From positions 17,872-81,871 of IMG/VR virus record IMGVR_UViG_3300028887_000100: a stretch of DNA of 64,000 nucleotides. One strand, 5' to 3'. The notes under the pieces are model-generated. The model was not told where the DNA came from, did no database searches, and saw only the letters and a list, made by a program, of their open reading frames with translations. Positions 58,484-64,000 of the stretch are shown piece by piece. Source of the DNA: a virus (taxonomy: Duplodnaviria > Caudoviricetes). The first letter of the stretch is position 1, and every line of letters starts with the position of its first letter. The position numbers and the translations under genes were made by a program.

Positions 58484-58834
58484 GCGTTTTTTGAAAAATT
58501 TTTGTAAATCGTCCAAAGTCTTGTAAATATGCGCTCTTTCATCAGCTGAATGGGTTGAGATGTGCAATGCAATTATAAATTCTTTTATCTCCTTGCATAA
58601 ATCACGCATTAAATTTATAACAGCTCTTTCTCCTGCATTTCCAAGCTCATATTCGCGTTTTATGTTTGCATATGAAGAATATGTCGGCAAAATATCAAAA
58701 AGCTCTTTTTGAGTGCTTTCCGTGCGTTGTAGATGGTCTCTGACAATGTACAGAGACGCTAACTTCTGGCATGAGTCATAAGAGCTGTCTTGTAGTAGTC
58801 TTTTAATCTCGCTGTTTATATCGTCTGTATTCAT
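58469..58834 (-). CDS. Hypothetical protein
   Basis: AAGGAGG RBS; follows the unknown-function operon. Confidence 0.65.
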   Translation of the reverse strand: MNTDDINSEIKRLLQDSSYDSCQKLASLYIVRDHLQRTESTQKELFDILPTYSSYANIKREYELGNAGERAVINLMRDLCKEIKEFIIALHISTHSADERAHIYKTLDDLQKFFKKRLTDF

Positions 58835-58848
58835 ATATCCTCCTTAAA

Positions 58849-58876
58849 AAAGGCACCTCATCGCTGAAGTGCCTTT
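58849..58876 (-). terminator. Intrinsic terminator
   Basis: aaaggcac/gtgccttt stem with a U tract. Confidence 0.7.
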
Positions 58877-58880
58877 AAAA

Positions 58881-59432
58881 TCATTTAATCTTCATGATGC
58901 AGTCTTTAATCGCCTGTCGTTCATGTTCGCTCATGGTATCATCCATCAGTGTTTCTAACTTCTGTACCATCTTCTTTCTGGAAGCGTCTCTGCTATATTC
59001 GTTGGAATTTCCTTCTGCATTTGACCATCCTCTATCCTGACTATTACGAAAGTTATCTCTGCTTTCGTTGTACCGACCATCACCATCTCCGTCTCGGCCT
59101 CTACGTGCATTTGACTGACCTTCATAAGAATTGTTAGACTGACCATCATATGTATTTCCCATCCAAGGTCTCATGTTAGATGTGCCTTCCATTGAATAAG
59201 GGTATCTTGCATAAGAATTTCTTCCGTAGCTGTTATTACTCATCTCACCCTTTTTCTCCTGCTCTTCCATCTCATGGCGGTCAATACATTTATTAACGAC
59301 TTTTAAAGCGGCAGTGAGTTTATAAAGATTATCAAGTGAATCTTTGTTCAAATCATGCCTTCTTTCGATTTCACCAACCTCACGCTCAAGCATATCACGG
59401 AGGTTTTCGTACATCTGCAATTTATGTCCCAT
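58881..59432 (-). CDS. Hypothetical protein with a low-complexity R/G/N/S/Y middle
   Basis: Helical ends; SYARY...RRGRDGDGDGRY. Confidence 0.7.
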   Translation of the reverse strand: MGHKLQMYENLRDMLEREVGEIERRHDLNKDSLDNLYKLTAALKVVNKCIDRHEMEEQEKKGEMSNNSYGRNSYARYPYSMEGTSNMRPWMGNTYDGQSNNSYEGQSNARRGRDGDGDGRYNESRDNFRNSQDRGWSNAEGNSNEYSRDASRKKMVQKLETLMDDTMSEHERQAIKDCIMKIK

Positions 59433-59446
59433 AATAAATCTCCTTT

Positions 59447-59899
59447 CTATGCTATTCTGTTAATTGTAAGATTAGCGTTCTGTACGCTGATTACGGGTGT
59501 AGGAACAGCTGTCGGGTCATCTGTGATGCCTGACACATAATCTACGCTCATGTTGAAACAGCAACCACGTGGAACTGTGATTATAGCTGTACTTGTTACA
59601 TTACCATATTCATCAACCGCTTGCGGTGTGAATATCGCTCTGCTTGTAAGTCTCGGTTCGCCACTAACTGCTATCGCAATAGCTATGGGTGTAAGTTCAC
59701 CGCCTTCAGGAACTGCAATATTTCCATTGAAAGTTACCTGATATCTTGCAAAACAGTTATTGGTCATTCCACGCAAAGTAAAAATTCCTGTTTCATCTTC
59801 ATGATAGATGTATCCTTTACAACAAGGAATAGAAGCTGTAAAAATGATTGGTGCGTTAAGTGCTACATTCTGCACCGCATTTGCTAAATACTCTGCCAT
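59447..59899 (-). CDS. Beta-sandwich protein (BclA-C/C1q-like by pattern)
   Basis: YQVTFNGNI...ANLTINRI. Confidence 0.5.
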   Translation of the reverse strand: MAEYLANAVQNVALNAPIIFTASIPCCKGYIYHEDETGIFTLRGMTNNCFARYQVTFNGNIAVPEGGELTPIAIAIAVSGEPRLTSRAIFTPQAVDEYGNVTSTAIITVPRGCCFNMSVDYVSGITDDPTAVPTPVISVQNANLTINRIA

Positions 59900-59914
59900 A
59901 GAATCACCTCCGGA

Positions 59915-60730
59915 TTACATCCCACATCCACAAGTGTTCTGATTGCAAGTGAAGATGGGTGTTCTTCCATAAACGGGTGTGGAAGGAACAGGACAGTTAT
60001 TCAGCCTGTTGTAAAGCTGGTCAACTTCATTTGAGAAGCCCTGAGCGATAAATGCGTTCTGTGCAATCTGTGAAGCCGCTAAATCTTTCATAGCAAGTGA
60101 CTGCCTGAGATTTGCTATCTCATCATTCTTTGCATCAATCTTGTCCTGACATAACTGGTCCTTTATAGACTGAATGCCGCCATTGATTACGTTAAGAATA
60201 GACTGTGTATTCTGTGTGTCATTTGTGCGGGTAGCGCAAGCTTCTCTTGCAATATCAGAACCTATACCTGCAATTCCAAGTCTGTTATCTGCGCTTGCCT
60301 GTGCTAACTGCGACTGAAGCCCAAACATTGTCTGCATATTAGCAATCTGTCTTGTATTTGCTCCCTGTTCTACTCCGGCAAAGCCATTTGCAAGTGCCAT
60401 CTGCATATCTGAGCAACATCCGCATAACTGTGTTGAAAGACCTGAGATGCCATCACGTATAGAAGTGATACCATCATTAATCATTGCATCTCTGAAGCCG
60501 TTGTTGGTGTTAGTGTTGATATTCTGCTGACCATTCATAAGCCAAGGAAACTCATAGCCTCCACCAAAACCACCGAATCCACCGTTACCCCAACCGCCGC
60601 CTGCGAAAAGAAGTAAGAGAATAATCCACCAGCCGTCTCCTCCGAAACCGCCAAAACCATTGTTACCACCTGCATATGCAGGAGCTACAGGCATATAGAA
60701 GCCTGTTCCGTTGTCTGTTGATAATGACAT
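59915..60730 (-). CDS. Protein with a Gly-rich hydrophobic N-terminus, coiled coil and Cys-rich end
   Basis: GFGGDGWWIILLLLFAGGGWG; heptads; CGCC; CGCGM. Confidence 0.7.
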   Translation of the reverse strand: MSLSTDNGTGFYMPVAPAYAGGNNGFGGFGGDGWWIILLLLFAGGGWGNGGFGGFGGGYEFPWLMNGQQNINTNTNNGFRDAMINDGITSIRDGISGLSTQLCGCCSDMQMALANGFAGVEQGANTRQIANMQTMFGLQSQLAQASADNRLGIAGIGSDIAREACATRTNDTQNTQSILNVINGGIQSIKDQLCQDKIDAKNDEIANLRQSLAMKDLAASQIAQNAFIAQGFSNEVDQLYNRLNNCPVPSTPVYGRTPIFTCNQNTCGCGM

Positions 60731-60805
60731 AAAATTTTCCTCCTATAAATTTTTTAGGGTAGTGACAGTAAACTGTCAGTTTATAACAAAGTCGGCCGAA
60801 CTTTA

Positions 60806-61048
60806 TTATCTAAATAACTTTTGTATCTCAGGATTGTTCTTTAACTGCATAGCTGAATTGACCTGAGATTGGGAAATCTGACCTGTATTAAGAAGATGCT
60901 GTACAATGTCTTGTGGACTGTTGATACCCTGCGGTATATTATATTTTGATGCCAACATCTGCATGGGATTAGATTTAAACTGTGAAATCATCTGTAAAAG
61001 ATTAGCGTTCAACATCTCCAGCTCCCTCCGTTCTTTTTCGATTATCAC
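60806..61048 (-). CDS. Small Q/N/M-rich protein
   Basis: NPMQML...PQDIVQHLLNTGQISQ. Confidence 0.65.
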   Translation of the reverse strand: MIIEKERRELEMLNANLLQMISQFKSNPMQMLASKYNIPQGINSPQDIVQHLLNTGQISQSQVNSAMQLKNNPEIQKLFR

Positions 61049-61394
61049 CCTTTAATGCTAAGAGTTCTTCCTGTAAGTCCATAATCTTATTCACCAAGTC
61101 TGCTAAATCGCTTTTTAAAGCGTATTTCTCACTCGGCCGTATATTTTCTGCAATCTCCTCTTTAATCAGCTTATATCGCTCAAATACGGGTCTGTCCAGC
61201 TGTGAAAAACCCATTGTCTTTGTGTAGATATAAGGCTGATTTTCATCTTTGAATGTTACAGAGTTTCCCGGAGCTATTGGATACATTCTTGCCTCATTCT
61301 CATCTCTTACGCTGACTAAATTACCGCTTTGTATAGCGGGCTGTGTCTGTTGATTCTGATAATATGGATTGTAGTTTTGTGGATAGTAATTCAT
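61002..61394 (-). CDS. Hypothetical protein with a Y/N/Q-rich N-terminus
   Basis: EARMYPIAPGNSV..KDENQPYIYTKT. Confidence 0.7.
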   Translation of the reverse strand: MNYYPQNYNPYYQNQQTQPAIQSGNLVSVRDENEARMYPIAPGNSVTFKDENQPYIYTKTMGFSQLDRPVFERYKLIKEEIAENIRPSEKYALKSDLADLVNKIMDLQEELLALKGDNRKRTEGAGDVER

Positions 61395-61829
61395 TTAAGC
61401 CTCCTTCTGCCAATAGTAAATTGGTATTTCGTTACCACTGTCCCATGTGTCAAAGTAATTTCCGTCTTTGACAGCTACTACATGCGTACCAGTCGCTAAA
61501 AGATATTCGCCCTGTGGATAGTCTCTTGTAAAATCTTTTATTGTGTAGCAATCGGGACAAGTGTTAGGGATTGTTCTACGCTGAAAACCATTTTGATGTA
61601 AGAACGCTCCCCAAACTGCATTAGAAGATGGCATGTCGTGCATCATGAATCCTTGTAGAACTATGTTCATATACGCTGTTTCCCAATCCTGTTTCATTAA
61701 CAGACTTATTCCGCGTATCACGCAATCTCCCGTCAGATTGTTTGAGGGATTTGGATTGATGTAGATGTACGCCATTTTCATCACCTTCTTTGAACATGAG
61801 AAAAGCGCATAGTGATGTACAATGCTCAT
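61395..61829 (-). CDS. Papain-fold Cys peptidase-like protein (likely start MAYIYINPNP)
   Basis: GDCVIR...THVVAV...DTWDS gives a Cys-His-Asp pattern. Confidence 0.55.
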   Translation of the reverse strand: MSIVHHYALFSCSKKVMKMAYIYINPNPSNNLTGDCVIRGISLLMKQDWETAYMNIVLQGFMMHDMPSSNAVWGAFLHQNGFQRRTIPNTCPDCYTIKDFTRDYPQGEYLLATGTHVVAVKDGNYFDTWDSGNEIPIYYWQKEA

Positions 61830-61911
61830 TCTTCATAGTGGTTGCTAATAGATTGCTTATGTCCATCATATGCGCTGTCCTCCTTCGTTTGATGATGAGA
61901 TTATAAAACAA

Positions 61912-61942
61912 AAAAGAAATCTCAACTTGTGAGATTTCTTTT
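61912..61942 (-). terminator. Hairpin upstream of the unknown-function operon
   Basis: 13-bp stem aaaagaaatctca/tgagatttctttt. Confidence 0.7.
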
Positions 61943-61987
61943 AAGAAAATGTTATGAAGTTGTTGAAAAACTATTCAAAAACTGTTT

Positions 61988-62749
61988 TTATACTAATGGG
62001 TAGAACTTTATCTCAGCACTCTCTGATGCTGAAACATATTCACACATCATACCTTTTTCAACCATTATCTCTTTACTTTGATTATCACGTTCTGTATATT
62101 TGCTCAAAGTAAAGTAGGTCTTGCCACTTGCTCCGTAAATCCTTACTTCAGCATGTTCAATGCCCTCGGCTTTAAACTCAAGTGTTACATATCCCTTTGT
62201 AGGAAATACAAACTTGTTATCACCAATGTAATTATGGTCAATCGTAATTATCTTTCCAAAGTGATTGCTTGAAACATCTGGCTTATTATCCCAACGCTCC
62301 ATATCTTCTTCAGTGATACATGATGTATAGAAGGGGAGTTCTGATACATAATGTACACCGTCACCCATTTTAGAACGGGGATAATCAACACCTTTTTCAG
62401 TTCTGTAATCTGTATAAACGTATTCCTGACCTTTAACTGAAAGAAAGTCTGGCTGTCTTGCCCATTCAATCATTGTGTGTAATATTCTTTGCTGACAGTT
62501 ACCACAACTTGGATATTGCTGTGGATAAGTTGCTTTGCGTACATTCTGTCTCAAGACTTCATCAATCTTATCCCGCATCTTTCTTTTTGTCGTAGCTACT
62601 TTAGAATCTGAACAATTCAATGCAAACGCCAATTCAATGTCTGAAGCATCTTTAATCTTCATCTCAAAACAGGTTCGCTCCTCATCAGTAAAAGAACACT
62701 TATCACGGAAGAGATTTAATTCGTCTGTTGTAAATGCTGATATCTTCAT
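61988..62749 (-). CDS. HTH (LuxR/sigma region 4-like) fused to a tail-protein-like domain
   Basis: FTDEER.CF...IELAFALNCSDSKV...; K(M)GDGVHYVSELPF. Confidence 0.5.
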   Translation of the reverse strand: MKISAFTTDELNLFRDKCSFTDEERTCFEMKIKDASDIELAFALNCSDSKVATTKRKMRDKIDEVLRQNVRKATYPQQYPSCGNCQQRILHTMIEWARQPDFLSVKGQEYVYTDYRTEKGVDYPRSKMGDGVHYVSELPFYTSCITEEDMERWDNKPDVSSNHFGKIITIDHNYIGDNKFVFPTKGYVTLEFKAEGIEHAEVRIYGASGKTYFTLSKYTERDNQSKEIMVEKGMMCEYVSASESAEIKFYPLV

Positions 62750-63514
62750 TTAACCTCCCCATTCAAAACCGAGTGCTTCCGCAGTCTTTTTACCAACTGT
62801 TCCTGTTTCAGATTTAAGACCAGCATCGTGTTTGAAGTTCTTACTCGCTATTTCAGTTTTCTTACCAAACACACCGTCTGCTTTTCCACAATTATATCCC
62901 AGCTCATTAAGTCTTTCTTGTACGTGTTTTACATCATCGCCTCTCATACAAGGGTCTGTGAGATATAATGTTCTTGTAAGTACATACTTTTCAGCTTCAT
63001 ACCAATCCGGTCTGGCCGCATAATTCCAACCACGCTCTGAAATGATTGTTTTAGTAACACCTACATCATGATTCTGACTTTCAATAGCATACTTGTCAGA
63101 TACTGCATAACCAACATGATGTTTGTTTTTGTCGTTACCTTGGAACAAATAATCACCATTCCTGACTTCATTTAAAGGAATACGTTTACCATGAGGCGGT
63201 GTAGTATCAGTTCCTACAATGTAATCCCATAATCCGTTTGCGGTCATATCGTGTTTGATTATTTTATCTTCAAGTAACTTCCTGACAGCTAACCCAGAAC
63301 AATCTTCGCCTCTGATTTCATACACACTTATTTCCTGAAGTAACCTTTTTGAAAGTAACGTCAAAACTCTATCAACATCATTAAGTGACTTTTCCATTGA
63401 TGTGAGTTTTGGCATTAATGTAATTATTGTTTCTCCGTTACCACCATAAACATATACATCAATACCTACTCTCGATTCAAGATAATTATCCCAATCGTTC
63501 AGTTTTATCGTCAT
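62750..63514 (-). CDS. Endolysin: NlpC/P60-like peptidase + peptidoglycan-binding domain
   Basis: EDCSGL...HHVGY; GDDVKHVQERL..LGY.CG.ADGVFG.KT. Confidence 0.85.
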   Translation of the reverse strand: MTIKLNDWDNYLESRVGIDVYVYGGNGETIITLMPKLTSMEKSLNDVDRVLTLLSKRLLQEISVYEIRGEDCSGLAVRKLLEDKIIKHDMTANGLWDYIVGTDTTPPHGKRIPLNEVRNGDYLFQGNDKNKHHVGYAVSDKYAIESQNHDVGVTKTIISERGWNYAARPDWYEAEKYVLTRTLYLTDPCMRGDDVKHVQERLNELGYNCGKADGVFGKKTEIASKNFKHDAGLKSETGTVGKKTAEALGFEWGG

Positions 63515-63707
63515 TCAGCTCTTCCTCCTTTTCCCGTTTTCCAGTTTGTGTCCCAAAATAAAAGCTGACAACCATAGTAAATACTGTAAGAAACTGCTCA
63601 CCACTGATTACACCTTTCACCGATAAATACGCAAACACTCCTGTAAGCACAAATGTTACGATTGACTTTACATCTAATAACTTTGCAAGTCTTTTAAGTA
63701 TTGTCAT
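63486..63707 (-). CDS. Holin
   Basis: Two TM helices; VVSFYFGTQ motif; precedes the endolysin. Confidence 0.8.
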   Translation of the reverse strand: MTILKRLAKLLDVKSIVTFVLTGVFAYLSVKGVISGEQFLTVFTMVVSFYFGTQTGKREKEEELNDDKTERLG

Positions 63708-63723
63708 AGAATCACTCCTTCCT

Positions 63724-63748
63724 TAAAATGGTTATTTTATGGGGTTAC
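63724..63748. repeat. 25-bp direct repeat, right copy
   Basis: Identical to 1374-1398. Confidence 0.9.
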
Positions 63749-63856
63749 TTTGTTTTGCTTTTCATTTGCTATTTTTGAACCTATCAGTAATCCAATAATT
63801 AAACCACCTAATGTGCCAACAGTTAAACCACACATAAATCCTATAAATCCAATCAT
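63737..63856 (-). CDS. 39-aa single-TM mini-protein (cassette C)
   Basis: MIGFIGFMCGLTVGTLGGLIIGLLIGSKIANEKQNKVTP; AGGAGG RBS. Confidence 0.6.
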   Translation of the reverse strand: MIGFIGFMCGLTVGTLGGLIIGLLIGSKIANEKQNKVTP

Positions 63857-63873
63857 CTTTTCCTCCTAAAATG

Positions 63874-64000
63874 GTTTTATTGGGTTACATCAGTTTCATC
63901 AAAAGGTGATGGATATTTTTCTTTCAATTTTTTATCTACTATCGGCAAAACAATAAAATGGAAACCCAATCGCATCACCAACATAATTCCTAAACTAATT
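63874..64000. repeat. Exact 127-bp copy of 1217-1343 (cassette B), cut by the window edge
   Basis: Base-by-base comparison. Confidence 0.92.

Larger units (their letters stand above)
1374..63748 (-). mobile_element. Tailed phage genome unit, about 62.3 kb
   Basis: Complete packaging, head, tail, lysis and replication modules, all co-oriented and bounded by identical 25-bp repeats. Confidence 0.92.

Noticed and set aside
2332-63023. Numerous plus-strand and nested alternative-frame ORFs, e.g. 8504-9145, 46372-46860 and 48613-49113
   Set aside because: They are shadows of well-supported minus-strand genes and lack an RBS or recognisable motifs.
1-64000. tRNA or rRNA genes, and stop-codon reassignment
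   Set aside because: I recognised no cloverleaf or rRNA in the short intergenic gaps, and the standard code gives intact, dense genes.

Overview
The window is almost entirely one ~62.3 kb tailed-phage genome (1374-63748) with every credible gene on the minus strand. It looks like a siphovirus with an A118-type head/neck module; a Clostridia/Lachnospiraceae-like host is inferred from gene content and RBS/promoter style only. Read from right to left: holin and endolysin; a conserved operon of unknown function; SNF2 helicase; replication initiator, loader, helicase and primase; SSB and family-A DNA polymerase; two tandem [small protein + TAGT-like glycosyltransferase] pairs; beta-clamp and a three-subunit clamp loader; Cas4-like nuclease, RecU and RecA; small early genes; packaging and head genes; tail genes. 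No integrase lies inside the unit. The unit is bracketed by an identical 25-bp direct repeat. Outside it lie tiny single-TM ORF cassettes bounded by related repeats and, at the left edge, a truncated tyrosine recombinase that the ORF track missed. The strongest candidate for a new system is a set of four genes interleaved with terminase and portal. They share a two-part N-terminal leader (WITxxGxxxPI, then a DxKxxQI-like coiled coil) fused to four unrelated effector domains: ADP-ribosyltransferase, zeta kinase, GNAT-like, and a MuF-type toxin tip. Three of the four have a small adjacent candidate immunity gene. All family assignments come from motif recognition by eye; no database search was run.
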